In this document: positions 28,270 to 40,172 of the stretch, one piece after another
Numbering within the stretch: the stretch's first letter is position 1
Layout of the letters: each line of letters starts with the position of its first letter
Assembly (NCBI GenBank): GCA_963662465.1
Contig: OY759599.1
Location: 6,016,001 to 6,080,000, forward strand
Length of the DNA: 64,000 bases
Direction: 5' to 3'
Origin: Desulfatiglandales bacterium
GTDB taxonomy: Bacteria > Desulfobacterota > DSM-4660 > Desulfatiglandales > Desulfatiglandaceae
The notes under the pieces: model-generated
Database searches by the model: none
Seen by the model: only the letters and a program-made list of their open reading frames with translations
Told to the model about the DNA's origin: nothing
Translations under genes and position numbers: made by a program

Positions 28270-30276
28270 TTATTCCCCACCAACCCCCTCAAGCCGCAAC
28301 CTAAGGTAGGCTTCCGAAGCTTCCGGGTGTTCCGGGGACAATTCAAGTACCCGCTTATAGGCCTTTACCGCTTTGGGAATTTGGCTTTTCTTTTCGCTGA
28401 GTCGCGCCAGTTGGAGCCAAAGGACCATGTCGTTTGGCTTTTCCTTTAAAATTTCTTCCATCTCATTGATAGCTCGGTTTTCTTTGCCGGTTTTAAGGTA
28501 GGCAAAAATAAGATATTCCCGTAAAAGGATATTTTTCGGATCGACGGCATTGGCCTTTTTCATCACATCGATGATTTCTTGATAGCCCTTCCGGGCCACA
28601 AGAATTTCAAATAATTCCTGGAGCAACGGATCCACTTGACTCCGTTTGTCCCTCAAAAGTTTTTCGATCTCGCTGATCCCCAGATCTACTTTTCCGGCCT
28701 TTAGATATGCTGACGCCAGGTGTTCATTAATCCGGATCTCCTCCGGGTTTTTTTTCAGACCCATTTCAAGAAGGGGGATGAGTTGGGCATATTCGCCTTG
28801 TTTTTTCAGATACTCAAAAACAAAATCGTAGAGGTCCATCTCGTTGGGTTTAAGTTCCAATAAAATCAGTGCCTGCCGGTAGGCAGCAGATGCATTGCTT
28901 TCCTTTCGGTAGATATCAAAGAGGATTTCCGGGGCTGTGGTATCTTCAGGGTGATTTCCGGCATAAGCCTCAAAATAGGGCAGCGCAACCTTCAAGTTTC
29001 CATTTTCGTATTCCAGGACGCTCAGATTGTAAAGCACCGCTTCATTTTTGGGATCAAGCGCAATAATTTTCCCATATACCTGCTTGAGCGCATCGTTATC
29101 CCCCTGCTGCTCCAGGATCTTGGCCATGAGTGCAAGACCACGCTTTGAATCCGGTTTTTTCTTCAGGATCTGGGACAGGTATTGTCGAGACTTTTCAAGG
29201 TTTCCCTTGTCCGCAAGCCTTTTCGCCAGCTTCAACCGTCCCTCGATATCATCGGAATTTAATGTGACCGCATTATCCAGATAAAAATCAGCCTCTTTTT
29301 GCCGTCCCAACCGTTCATATAAATCAGATAGATTATAGTGAAGGTTGGGATCCTTCTGGTCAAGACTCACGGCCGAAAGATAAGTCGAAACGGCTTTTTC
29401 CGCCTGCCCGGCTTTCGTGTAGAGGTAACCGAGGTTTTTATATAACGGCAGTTGCTTATCGACAGGCGCATGTTCAAGCAGTATTTGATACTCTCTTGCG
29501 GCTTCTTCCCATTCGCCTTTTTGTTCCAGTATTTCAGCAAGCCGTGCCCGTGTTTCAAAATCGTCAGGGTTGTGTTTGATTAATTCCCTCAGAACATCAA
29601 CCATTCCGTTTTGGTTCTTCAGAACGATGTAGCCCGCCAGAAGCTTCTTCAGTATTTCGGGGTCTTTTTTTTCAGCCGCCCTTTTCTGAAGCATGGGGAC
29701 GGCTTTTTCCCATAGGTTCTGCGCCATGTACTCGCTTAGAAGGCGATCATGGATTCGACTGTCTTCGGGAAGGAGGGCATGTCCTCTTTCAAGGATCGTA
29801 AGCCTCATTTCATCATCAATGATTCGGCTGGCTTTTTCCAGCCAGTCCTCTGTATAGGGCTGAATAATCCACGTAAGATATCCGATTTCCCGATTCAGGT
29901 GTTTGACTTGAATTTTAAAGTGGTAACGCTGAAAAGCATCTTTTTCGGGCAACAGCTCGGAGAGGGTTGTGTTATCGTATTGCAGCGCATTGACGTCAAG
30001 CCCTTTGCAGACGAGGCGGATATCCATGTTAAAGGGAATGTTTGTGGAAATGTCGGTAATTTCCAGCCTGTCCTTGGGGCGCAGGGAAAGGGTTTCTCCT
30101 GACAAAAGTTTAAGGGGACGGCCATTGACATTCATCAACAGGTAATTCAAGCGAGGGGCCTGGGAATGCTGCCGCCACAACCACCCGCCTAAAGCGGAAA
30201 TGCTCAGCACTAAAAAGGTGAATAGCCAGAAGAGCAGTCTGCGGCGCGCTCTTTTTTTTCTGCGATTTTCCAGCAA
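28270..30276 (-). CDS. Membrane-anchored TPR protein
   Basis: Basic N-terminus + TM, many TPR motifs. Confidence 0.75.
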   Translation of the reverse strand: MLENRRKKRARRRLLFWLFTFLVLSISALGGWLWRQHSQAPRLNYLLMNVNGRPLKLLSGETLSLRPKDRLEITDISTNIPFNMDIRLVCKGLDVNALQYDNTTLSELLPEKDAFQRYHFKIQVKHLNREIGYLTWIIQPYTEDWLEKASRIIDDEMRLTILERGHALLPEDSRIHDRLLSEYMAQNLWEKAVPMLQKRAAEKKDPEILKKLLAGYIVLKNQNGMVDVLRELIKHNPDDFETRARLAEILEQKGEWEEAAREYQILLEHAPVDKQLPLYKNLGYLYTKAGQAEKAVSTYLSAVSLDQKDPNLHYNLSDLYERLGRQKEADFYLDNAVTLNSDDIEGRLKLAKRLADKGNLEKSRQYLSQILKKKPDSKRGLALMAKILEQQGDNDALKQVYGKIIALDPKNEAVLYNLSVLEYENGNLKVALPYFEAYAGNHPEDTTAPEILFDIYRKESNASAAYRQALILLELKPNEMDLYDFVFEYLKKQGEYAQLIPLLEMGLKKNPEEIRINEHLASAYLKAGKVDLGISEIEKLLRDKRSQVDPLLQELFEILVARKGYQEIIDVMKKANAVDPKNILLREYLIFAYLKTGKENRAINEMEEILKEKPNDMVLWLQLARLSEKKSQIPKAVKAYKRVLELSPEHPEASEAYLRLRLEGVGGE

Positions 30277-30389
30277 TGGACAACCTCAAAGCGTCGATCT
30301 TAAGCGAATGGAACTTGCGAAGAGACCGACCATAAATCACGACTTTGACATAACCTGAGGCTGTTAATGTCGCATTAGCGGCACTGGTT

Positions 30390-31451
30390 TTATGCCGACA
30401 CTTTTTTTTTCGTCCTTTTTCCGAACTTTCCTTCCCAAATTAAAAGGATGGGACTGGCCACGAAAACAGAGGAATAGGTTCCCACAATCACTCCCACCAA
30501 CAACGCGAAGGCAAAGTCATGTATGACGCCGCCGCCCAGAACAAAAAGGGCAATGATGACGATCAGCGTGGTACCAGACGTCAAGATGGTTCGACTAAGG
30601 GTTTCATTGATGCTCATATTCATGGTTTCTTCAAAAGGTTTTCGCCTGAAGCGCCTCAGATTTTCCCGAATTCGGTCAAAGACAATAATCGTGTCATTGA
30701 GCGAATACCCCACAATGGTCAAAAATGCCGCAATAATGGAAAGAGAGAGCTCCCTTTCCGTCAAGGCAAAAAAGCCCATGGTAATGATGACATCGTGCAT
30801 GAGCGCAATGATGGCCCCTAAAGCGTATTTGAGGTTCAAAAACAAGCACAGGGCAAGGGTTACCATAAGGGCAATCAGAATGAGCCAGGTGACGCTGATG
30901 CCGATTTCCGAGGTGACGTAAACCACAAAAGCCAGACTTATGGCCATGATGATGCTCATTAGCCATTTCAGCTCAAATCGTCCTGAGATATAGATGGCAA
31001 TGAAGAGGATTGAATAGAAAATGGCAAAGAGGGCCTTTTGACGCAGGTCTTTGCCCACTTTTGGCCCGACCATTTCAACCCGCCGGATGTCAACGTTTGC
31101 GCCGAATGTGGTTTTTAATGCCTGCGCAACCCGGTCGCCCAGGTTTGCCATTTCAACTTCCGTATTTCGAATTCGAATGAGATACTCAAATTGTCCGGCT
31201 TCACCGAATTGCTGAACAATGCTGTCGTCGAGATTAACGGCGCCGAGGGCTTTTTTGATTTCGGAAGGAGACGTTTTTTGTGCCATTTTAACTTGAACGA
31301 GTACGCCTCCGGAAAAATCCACACCATAGTTCGGCCCTCCCCGCCACAAAAGCAACAGGATGGTGGCAAGAATCATTAAACCGGAAAAAGCGAAGGCGAT
31401 TTTTCGCTTTCCAATGAAATCGATGTTAATTCCGGGTTTTATAAATTGCAT
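30390..31451 (-). CDS. secF: Protein translocase subunit SecF
   Basis: GVDFSGG, VGPKVG, GYSLNDTIIVFDRIRE, ETLSRTILTS. Confidence 0.95.
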   Translation of the reverse strand: MQFIKPGINIDFIGKRKIAFAFSGLMILATILLLLWRGGPNYGVDFSGGVLVQVKMAQKTSPSEIKKALGAVNLDDSIVQQFGEAGQFEYLIRIRNTEVEMANLGDRVAQALKTTFGANVDIRRVEMVGPKVGKDLRQKALFAIFYSILFIAIYISGRFELKWLMSIIMAISLAFVVYVTSEIGISVTWLILIALMVTLALCLFLNLKYALGAIIALMHDVIITMGFFALTERELSLSIIAAFLTIVGYSLNDTIIVFDRIRENLRRFRRKPFEETMNMSINETLSRTILTSGTTLIVIIALFVLGGGVIHDFAFALLVGVIVGTYSSVFVASPILLIWEGKFGKRTKKKVSA

Positions 31452-31549
31452 TGAATAACTCCAAATGAAAGTTGGTAATCAGGCCATGGGTGCCAGGCTA
31501 TGGGCAATGGGCAGCCCATAGCCTATCGCCCATAGCCTATAAGCCCATT

Positions 31550-33151
31550 TTATATGCTCAATTTCTTCATGTTGCGTTTCACATACAGGTAATCAAAGAT
31601 GATCCGCGTAAAAAAGATGGCCGTGAAAAGACTGGCCACAATGCCGATACTGAGGGTCACGGCAAACCCGCGAACCGGTCCCGTTCCAAACTGAAAGAGG
31701 ACCAGAGCAACGATCAGGGTTGTCAGTTGGGCATCCAGGATCGTCACCATCGCTTTGGCATAGCCACCTTCAATGGCGGCCCTGGGGGGTTTCCCAAGCC
31801 GGAGTTCCTCCCGAATCCGCTCAAATATCAAGACATTGGCATCAACCGACATGCCGATAGTCAGGATAATGCCCGCAATTCCGGGAAGCGTCAGAGTTGC
31901 GCTGAAAAAGGCGAGTCCCGCCATAATGAAAAGTATGTTCAACAGGAGCGCCAGATCCGCGATGGCGCCGGAAAGTCCATAATAAATGATCATAAAGAAA
32001 ATGACGATAATGCCGCCGATGAGCATGGATTTGAAGCCCTTCTCTATGGAGTCTTTTCCAAGGGAGGGTCCCACCGTCCGTTCTTCAATGATTTTAACAG
32101 GCGCGGGAAGTGCCCCCGCTCGCAATACGATGGCCAGGTCTCTCGCCTCGTCGGTAGTATAACGTCCCGTAATTTGAGCTTTCCCACCGGAAATTTTATC
32201 CTGAATAACAGGTGCCGAATTGACTTTTCCGTCCAGTACGATGGCCAGACGTTTCTTGATATTTTGGGCTGTTACCTGCTCGAAAAGCCTTGCCCCCCTG
32301 GCATCAAAGGCAATGGAGACATAGGGCTCGTTATATCGGCTGTCGATTTGTACGCGAGCATCCGTCAGGTATTCCCCGGTGAGCGCCGTCCGTTTTTTCA
32401 AAAGATAGGGGGTTTTCTGTTCATGGCCGGTTTTGGGATCAACGGAAACCTGGTACAAAATTTCATCCCCCGGGGGAATATTCCCTTTAAGCGCCTCTTG
32501 CACACTGTGTTCTTCGTCCACCAGCTTAAATTCCAGGAGGGCGGTTTTACCGATCAGTGCAATAGCCCTTTGAGGGTCTTTGATACCGGGCAGCTGAATC
32601 AGAAGTCTGTGGTTTTCCTGAGGACGAATATCCGGTTCACTGACCCCGAATTGGTCAATTCTGTTTCGAATGGTTTCCAGGGCCTGCTCCACCGCCATTT
32701 TCATGATATGAATTTTGGCGTCGGGGTTAAGAACCATCTGAAATACGGGTTTTCCATTCTGGTTGGGCATGGATTCCACGGTAAAATCCGAATAACCGGC
32801 AGCCACCATGTCCTGGAACACCGTTTCGTCTTTCGACCGCATGAGGGTAATCATGATGCCGTCAAGACCATTGCGTTTCAAGGCAAGGTACCGAACTTTA
32901 TCCTTTCGCAGATCCCCTTTCATCTCGTCTACCACCCTTTCAAGGTGGCTTTCAATGGCCTTTGAGGCCTGTACTTCCAGAACAAGATGCATCCCTCCCT
33001 GCAAATCAAGACCCAGGTGAATCTTGTCTTTCGGCAGAATACTCGACCACCATGCAGGAACCTCGCCGGTTATGGACGGCACAAGATAAGCCAATGCCGC
33101 CAAGATTGCAAACAACGCGATTGCGCCACGCCAACTTAAGCTTTTAGACAC
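31550..33151 (-). CDS. secD: Protein translocase subunit SecD
   Basis: LGLDLQGG, RIDQFGVSEP, LRAGALPAP, VDANVLIFERIREE. Confidence 0.95.
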   Translation of the reverse strand: MSKSLSWRGAIALFAILAALAYLVPSITGEVPAWWSSILPKDKIHLGLDLQGGMHLVLEVQASKAIESHLERVVDEMKGDLRKDKVRYLALKRNGLDGIMITLMRSKDETVFQDMVAAGYSDFTVESMPNQNGKPVFQMVLNPDAKIHIMKMAVEQALETIRNRIDQFGVSEPDIRPQENHRLLIQLPGIKDPQRAIALIGKTALLEFKLVDEEHSVQEALKGNIPPGDEILYQVSVDPKTGHEQKTPYLLKKRTALTGEYLTDARVQIDSRYNEPYVSIAFDARGARLFEQVTAQNIKKRLAIVLDGKVNSAPVIQDKISGGKAQITGRYTTDEARDLAIVLRAGALPAPVKIIEERTVGPSLGKDSIEKGFKSMLIGGIIVIFFMIIYYGLSGAIADLALLLNILFIMAGLAFFSATLTLPGIAGIILTIGMSVDANVLIFERIREELRLGKPPRAAIEGGYAKAMVTILDAQLTTLIVALVLFQFGTGPVRGFAVTLSIGIVASLFTAIFFTRIIFDYLYVKRNMKKLSI

Positions 33152-33198
33152 TTGCTACTCCCAGATTGGGTTCATGAGGACCATTGGATTGTCTGTCT

Positions 33199-33522
33199 CT
33201 ACTGTTGTCCCTTGGTTGCCACACCGGAAATGGAACCCCTTGCAATTTTGACTCTCACTTTCGGCGCGATTTCCACGGTGACCACGTCATCCGTGAGCCC
33301 GGTGACCACGCCGTGAAGACCACCGCCGGTCACAACCCGATCCCCTTTTTTAATGGCGGCAAGCAGTTGTTTATGTTGTTTGGCCTTTTTCTGTTGCGGC
33401 CTGATCAGCAGAAAATAAAAAATTGCGAACATCAAAATAAGGGGTAAAAAGGCACCGAATCCGCTACCCGCGCCTTCGCCGCCACCGCCCAAATTACCCA
33501 TGGCATGCGCTAAAAAATTCAT
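33199..33522 (-). CDS. yajC: Preprotein translocase subunit YajC
   Basis: FYFLLIRPQQKK, GDRVVTGGGLHG; GAGGAGG RBS. Confidence 0.95.
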   Translation of the reverse strand: MNFLAHAMGNLGGGGEGAGSGFGAFLPLILMFAIFYFLLIRPQQKKAKQHKQLLAAIKKGDRVVTGGGLHGVVTGLTDDVVTVEIAPKVRVKIARGSISGVATKGQQ

Positions 33523-33536
33523 TCTTGAACCTCCTC

Positions 33537-34667
<1,131 letters not shown>

Positions 34668-34803
34668 TTAGCTGTTAGCTATTAGCTGTTAGCCGTTAGC
34701 TATTAGCCATTTGGGAAAAAACCACGCCTGATGGGCTTTTTCTTCCGAACAAGTTTTCTTAAATCTCTCATTTCTTATCAGTTTAACAGCTAACAGCTAA
34801 CAG

Positions 34804-35859
34804 CTAAACAATCACCATAGCATCGCCGTAGCTGTAAAATCGGTATTCATGCGCGATGGCCCAGGCATAGGCCTTTTTTATCAAATCGAACCCGGCAAAG
34901 GCCGACACCAGGAAGAGCAGTGAACTCTTAGGCAGATGGAAATTCGTAATGAGCCCATCCACCACATGAAAATCAAATCCGGGCGTGATCAGAAGCCCGC
35001 TTTCTCCATGACCTGCGCGCACCCCTTCTTTCGCGGTCCATGCCGTTTCCAGAGCACGAACCACAGTTGTTCCAACGGCAAAAACTTTCCCCCCCCGCTG
35101 CCTGGTTTCGGTAATTAAACGCACGGTGTCAGGCTCGATAAAATAACGCTCCACTCCCAAACGGTGCCTTCGAATGTCCTCTGTTTCCACGGGCCGAAAT
35201 GTGCCGTAACCCACATGAAGCGTTAAAGGTGCAATGGAAATGCCGCGCGCCTTAAGTGCATCGATGACATTTTGGGTAAAATGGAGCCCGGCTGTAGGCG
35301 CCGCAACCGCGCCGTCCCGCATGGCATAAACCGTTTGGTATCTTTCTTTGTCAAGGGCAGCCAGCGAAACGTCTTTCGATCGCTTTATGTAAGGGGGTAG
35401 AGGAAGATGCCCTTTTTCAGCCAAGAGACCTTGAATGCCTTTTCCATCCTCGGAAAAGGATATCCTCACCATGCCCCGTTCAAGGACCTCTTCTATTTCT
35501 CCTGAAACCCCGTCAAAAAAAAGCAGGCCTCCCCGCTTCGGTCTTCGGGAAGACTTCAGCAGGCACAACCTGGGTCCGCGGTGCTGTTCCTCAACGTCGA
35601 AATGTTCCAGAACAAGAATCTCCACTTTCCCCCCGCTCTCCTTGCGGCCAAAAATCCTCGCGGGAAGCACCCGGGTATTGTTCACCACCAAAAGATCATG
35701 GGGTTGGAGAAGAGACGGCAACTCAAAAAAATGGCGATCTGAAAGTACGCCTGTTGAGCGATTCACCCTGAGCAATTTAGAATGATCCCGTTCCGCAGCC
35801 GGAATCTGAGCGATGCGGTCTTCCGGGAGATGAAAATCATAATGTTCTGTTTTCAGCAT
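34804..35859 (-). CDS. queA: S-adenosylmethionine:tRNA ribosyltransferase-isomerase
   Basis: PLPPYI, YQTVYA, AAPTAGLHF, TNFHLPKS, YRFYSYGDAM. Confidence 0.96.
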   Translation of the reverse strand: MLKTEHYDFHLPEDRIAQIPAAERDHSKLLRVNRSTGVLSDRHFFELPSLLQPHDLLVVNNTRVLPARIFGRKESGGKVEILVLEHFDVEEQHRGPRLCLLKSSRRPKRGGLLFFDGVSGEIEEVLERGMVRISFSEDGKGIQGLLAEKGHLPLPPYIKRSKDVSLAALDKERYQTVYAMRDGAVAAPTAGLHFTQNVIDALKARGISIAPLTLHVGYGTFRPVETEDIRRHRLGVERYFIEPDTVRLITETRQRGGKVFAVGTTVVRALETAWTAKEGVRAGHGESGLLITPGFDFHVVDGLITNFHLPKSSLLFLVSAFAGFDLIKKAYAWAIAHEYRFYSYGDAMVIV

Positions 35860-35949
35860 TGGAAACACTTCAAATCGCGTAAGATATACAAATTCAATTT
35901 TTAAGTCAAACGGTTTTATTTCCTAACAACAATCGCCGGGCCGCCAACC

Positions 35950-36032
35950 GGGCAGACACATAGGTCTGCCCCTATCCATCCCACCTTTTGATTCGCAACA
36001 TACTTGTAGGGGCGGACCTGTGTGTCCCCCCT
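35950..36032. repeat. GTAG-family REP pair
   Basis: GGGCAGACACATAGGTCTGCCCCTA and GTAGGGGCGGACCTGTGTGTCCCCCC, inverted to each other. Confidence 0.6.
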
Positions 36033-36161
36033 GCTTACACATATTGCTTGATATCTGAAAAAGGATCAGTTAGTTATGATCCGATAACAAATTTCCCATG
36101 ATGGGAATTCAAAAAAAGGAAGTCAGAAAGATTTTAACGAGCGCCAAAAGGAACTTGTAAA

Positions 36162-37838
36162 ATGAAATTTGCAATTGATGTGATATTAAAAAAAACCCTT
36201 TCCTGCTGTTTTGAGCAGGATAAACTCAAGGAAACTGTTTTTCCGAATTATGTCATCGAAGTGCCCAAAAATTCCGAACATGGCCATTTTGCCACCAATT
36301 TACCCATGACACTTGCCGCAAGTCAAAAAAGAAACCCTCGGGAAATTGCATCAATTATTTTAGACAATCTAAAGGATGAGGAAGATTTTTTTGAAAAGGC
36401 CGAAATCGCGGGACCTGGATTTATCAATTTTACGATTCGAGCAAAAGAATGGCGCCGTATTCTCAATCAAATTCTTCAGGCTGATGAGGATTACGGTCGG
36501 AGCGAGATGGGGCGCAGTGAAAAAATTCTGGTGGAATTCGTCAGCGCCAACCCAACGGGGCCGCTTCATCTCGGTCATGGCCGGGGCGCCGCTTTGGGTG
36601 ATACCCTCTGCAGGATACTTTCCTTTTGCGGGCATCAAGTCGTTCGAGAATTTTATATCAATGATGCCGGGTTGCAGATCAAAATGCTGGGGGAGTCCAT
36701 TTGGGCCCGCTTTAAACAGATGGATGACCCGGGCTTCGCTTTTCCTGAAAATGGCTATCATGGCGACTACATCCTGGATTTGGCCGAGACCATTTCAAAG
36801 GAAACGGATTTAACCCTTCTGAGCCATGAGGATGCTATAGACCACTGTTCCGAATCCGGAAAGGCCATCATGCTGAAGGATATTCAGCAGGTATTGACCC
36901 GTTTCAGGGTGGACTTTGATGTTTGGTCGTGCGAGAGCGATCTTTATGCCTCGGGTTTGCTTGACAAAACATTGGAAGCCGTACGGGACAGGGGGCATCT
37001 GTATGAGCAGGACGGCGCGGAGTGGATCAGAACCTCGGAATTCGGGGATGACAAGGACCGGGTGATTCGAAAGGGGGACGGACAGTTTACCTATTTTGCG
37101 TCGGATATTGCGTATCACCTGCAAAAACACCAGAGGGGGTTTACAAAGGCCATCAACATATGGGGCGCTGATCACCATGGGTACGTTCCTCGCGTAAAAG
37201 CGGCGCTTTTGAGTCACGGCATACCTTCAGAGTGGCTTTCCGTTCCCTTGATCCAACTGGTAAAGTTGTGGCAGGATGGACAGGAAGTTCGGATGAGCAA
37301 GCGGGCCGGGAATTTTGTAACACTCCAGGAACTGTTGGATGAAGTGGGGATTGATGCGGCACGTTTTGTATTCCTTACCAAGAGCCACGATTCGCCGCTT
37401 GATGTGGATATGGATCTTGTAAAAAAACAGGATAGCGAAAATCCCGTCTATTATGTTCAATATGCGCATGCCCGGATATGCAGTATTATTCGAAAGGCTG
37501 AATTGGATGGGATTGTCGTGCCGGATCGCCATGATGGGCTTTCAGAATGCCTGGCGCTGGAAGAGGAAATGGCCCTCATCAGGACCCTGTCGGAATTCCC
37601 ATCGCTTCTGGAGGATATCTCCAAAACCTTAGAAGCACACCGGTTAACCTATTACCTGACGCACTTGGCGGCATCCTTCCATCGATACTTCAATATGGGA
37701 TCAAAAAAAGCGGCGCTTCGGGTGATCACTGAAGATAAAAACCTGACCCAGGCCAGGTTGGTCCTGATTTCGGGCGTGAAGATCGTCATTGCAAACGGAT
37801 TGAACCTGCTGGGTGTCAGCGCACCCGAAAAAATGTAA
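36162..37838 (+). CDS. argS: Arginine-tRNA ligase
   Basis: VEFVSANPTGPLHLGHGRG, GADHHGY, MSKRAG, YYVQYAHARI. Confidence 0.97.
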   Translation: MKFAIDVILKKTLSCCFEQDKLKETVFPNYVIEVPKNSEHGHFATNLPMTLAASQKRNPREIASIILDNLKDEEDFFEKAEIAGPGFINFTIRAKEWRRILNQILQADEDYGRSEMGRSEKILVEFVSANPTGPLHLGHGRGAALGDTLCRILSFCGHQVVREFYINDAGLQIKMLGESIWARFKQMDDPGFAFPENGYHGDYILDLAETISKETDLTLLSHEDAIDHCSESGKAIMLKDIQQVLTRFRVDFDVWSCESDLYASGLLDKTLEAVRDRGHLYEQDGAEWIRTSEFGDDKDRVIRKGDGQFTYFASDIAYHLQKHQRGFTKAINIWGADHHGYVPRVKAALLSHGIPSEWLSVPLIQLVKLWQDGQEVRMSKRAGNFVTLQELLDEVGIDAARFVFLTKSHDSPLDVDMDLVKKQDSENPVYYVQYAHARICSIIRKAELDGIVVPDRHDGLSECLALEEEMALIRTLSEFPSLLEDISKTLEAHRLTYYLTHLAASFHRYFNMGSKKAALRVITEDKNLTQARLVLISGVKIVIANGLNLLGVSAPEKM

Positions 37839-37848
37839 GAAAAACGGC

Positions 37849-38496
37849 ATGCCGGAAAAAGAAGAAAAGGCTGAAAAAGGGAAAAAGGGTCTTCGCCTGG
37901 CGCTTTCTCGTACGGAGCTTTTTTTTTGGAGCCTGGGTCTTTTAGTCCTTTTGGGCTGGATCTTTACCCTGGGCGTTCTGGCGGGCAGGGGCCTTTTGCC
38001 CAGTGGCGCAAGGACTTTGGCTGAACTCAAAAACCAGATTGTTAAGCTCCAGGAGATGGTGGGTAAAAAAGATGCTTCGGAATTGGACCGAATTAAGGGA
38101 GTGCAAATAAACCCGGAATTTGGATTTTATGATGAACTTTCTTCAAAAAAAATGCCTGTGGTGCAAAGCCCGCGCGAACCGCCCCCTAAACGATCCATTA
38201 TTGAAAAGACGGAACAACCGAAAGTGGAACAATCGAAACCGGCATTGTCTGTTTCAGAACGATACGTGGTTCAGGTGGCTTCCCTGGATCGAGAAAAACC
38301 GGCATTGGGAATGGTCAATCAACTGGTAACGCGAGGATATTCTGCTTACCATTACAAAGTTTTCGTCAAAGGGCGGTGCTATTACCGCGTACGATGCGGC
38401 CCATTTAAAACCAGGGCGGAAGCTTTGAGTGTCCAGAAAAAACTGGCGAATAAGGAACATCTGAAAGGTTACGTTCAAAAGGTTGATGGGCAATAA
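37849..38496 (+). CDS. SPOR-domain protein (FtsN-like)
   Basis: TM, low-complexity linker, YVVQVASL...YRVRCGPF; follows argS. Confidence 0.85.
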   Translation: MPEKEEKAEKGKKGLRLALSRTELFFWSLGLLVLLGWIFTLGVLAGRGLLPSGARTLAELKNQIVKLQEMVGKKDASELDRIKGVQINPEFGFYDELSSKKMPVVQSPREPPPKRSIIEKTEQPKVEQSKPALSVSERYVVQVASLDREKPALGMVNQLVTRGYSAYHYKVFVKGRCYYRVRCGPFKTRAEALSVQKKLANKEHLKGYVQKVDGQ

Positions 38497-38538
38497 GGAA
38501 CAATCGTTAAGCGAAAAACTGACAAAAAGGAATAGACT

Positions 38539-39021
38539 GTGGTATACGACGAATATGAATATCCGCTTGTGAGAAAAGCGGTCATTGAGGATATTGAATC
38601 GATTCACGGAATTTTAAACGCCTTTGCTGCGAAGGGTCGCTTGTTGCCCAGGTCTCTCAGCGAGCTTTATGAACATTTACGCGCCTATTTTGTCTTGGAA
38701 GCGGCGCCGGGAGCGCACGTGCAGGGGGTCTGTGGTCTAGGGATATGCTGGAAGGACCTGGCGGAAATCAAATCGCTGGCGGTTGTTGAGGCATTGCAGG
38801 GACGGGGACTGGGACGAAAACTCGTGGATGCATGCTTGAGTGAGGCTTCCGCACTCGGGCTTGACAAGGTCTTTACGTTGACCTATGTCCCCGAATTTTT
38901 CGTTAAAAGGGGGTTTTGCGAGGTCGACAAATCGTGTCTTCCCCACAAGATATGGGCTGACTGCTTGAAATGCCCCAAGTTTCCCAATTGCGATGAAACC
39001 GCCCTGATGCTTCAACTTTGA
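38539..39021 (+). CDS. GNAT N-acetyltransferase (short ArgA-like)
   Basis: LLPRS, LAEIKSLAV, GRGLG, LPHKIWADCLKCPKFPNCDE. Confidence 0.85.
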   Translation: MVYDEYEYPLVRKAVIEDIESIHGILNAFAAKGRLLPRSLSELYEHLRAYFVLEAAPGAHVQGVCGLGICWKDLAEIKSLAVVEALQGRGLGRKLVDACLSEASALGLDKVFTLTYVPEFFVKRGFCEVDKSCLPHKIWADCLKCPKFPNCDETALMLQL

Positions 39022-39037
39022 AAGTGTGGAGGGAAAA

Positions 39038-39418
39038 ATGTTTGGCATTGGCATGCCGGAATTAATTATCATTTTGGTCATCGCCCTAATCGTTATCGGA
39101 CCCAAAAAGCTTCCCGATCTGGCCAAGGCCCTGGGAAAAGGACTGTCCGAATTCAAAAAGGCGACCTCGGAAATCAAGGACGGGTTGAACCTGGACGAGG
39201 AACTGAAAGAGACCCGGGAAGGCTTGGTAGATGCCGTCAGCGGCCTGGATAACCCCGTAACTTCAAAAAAACCGGATTCCTCAAATGGCAAAGCCTCAAA
39301 ATTCGAAGACTTTGATGAAATGCTGGACGATTACCATAAGGAAAGCGTACCGCCTTTAAAGGACGTGAAAGAGAAAACCCCGCCGGAGATTCCGATGGAG
39401 AAAGACCGAAATGGATAG
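39038..39418 (+). CDS. tatB: Twin-arginine translocase TatA/TatB subunit
   Basis: MFGIGMPELIIILVIALIVIGPKKLP; upstream of tatC. Confidence 0.85.
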   Translation: MFGIGMPELIIILVIALIVIGPKKLPDLAKALGKGLSEFKKATSEIKDGLNLDEELKETREGLVDAVSGLDNPVTSKKPDSSNGKASKFEDFDEMLDDYHKESVPPLKDVKEKTPPEIPMEKDRNG

Positions 39419-40172
39419 CGAAGAAAAACAACCCTTTCTAAGCCATTTGGAGGAACTCCGCAAGCGTCTCATCATATCCGCTATCGCGGTTGGAATCGGT
39501 TTTGCAGCTTCATACGCCTTTGCTGAAAGGCTTTTTGGTTTACTGGTGGCACCGCTGCAAGCAGTTATGCCGGAGGGAGGGCATCTGATCTTCACCAATC
39601 TCCCCGAGATGTTTTTCACCTACTTAAAAGTATCGTTTTTGGCGGGCATATTGTTGGTGGCCCCGTTCATTTTCTACCAGATATGGATGTTTATCGCTCC
39701 GGGTCTTTACAAAAAGGAAAAGAAATATGTGATCCCTTTTGTTGTGGCTTCCACCATCCTTTTTGTGGGAGGGTCCCTTTTTGGCTATTTTATTGTTTTC
39801 CCATTTGGTTTCAAGTTTTTTGTCGGATTTTCAAACCAATATGTAGAGGCTTTGCCCTCGGTAAAACAGTATTTTTCCTTTGCCATAAAACTTCTATTTG
39901 CCTTTGGGGTGGTTTTTGAACTTCCGGTCGTTATTTTTTTCCTGGCAAAAATGGGCGTGGTGACGCCCCAGTTGCTCAGGAAAAAGCGTAAATACGCGAT
40001 TTTGATGACGTTCGTTGTGGCTGCGATCCTCACCCCCCCTGACGTCATCACCCAGTGCATGATGGCGGGACCCCTGATCATCCTCTATGAAATAGGCATT
40101 CTGGTGGCACAAGTCGCCTGGAAGAAAAAAGAGGACAAGAAAAAAGAAGCGGAGGACGAAGTCAATGAATAG
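39411..40172 (+). CDS. tatC: Twin-arginine translocase TatC
   Basis: HLEELRKRL, FIAPGLY, FELP, AAILTPPD. Confidence 0.95.
   Translation: MDSEEKQPFLSHLEELRKRLIISAIAVGIGFAASYAFAERLFGLLVAPLQAVMPEGGHLIFTNLPEMFFTYLKVSFLAGILLVAPFIFYQIWMFIAPGLYKKEKKYVIPFVVASTILFVGGSLFGYFIVFPFGFKFFVGFSNQYVEALPSVKQYFSFAIKLLFAFGVVFELPVVIFFLAKMGVVTPQLLRKKRKYAILMTFVVAAILTPPDVITQCMMAGPLIILYEIGILVAQVAWKKKEDKKKEAEDEVNE

Noticed and set aside
31472..32965. 497-aa plus-strand ORF
   Set aside because: Antisense to secD with no protein-like motifs
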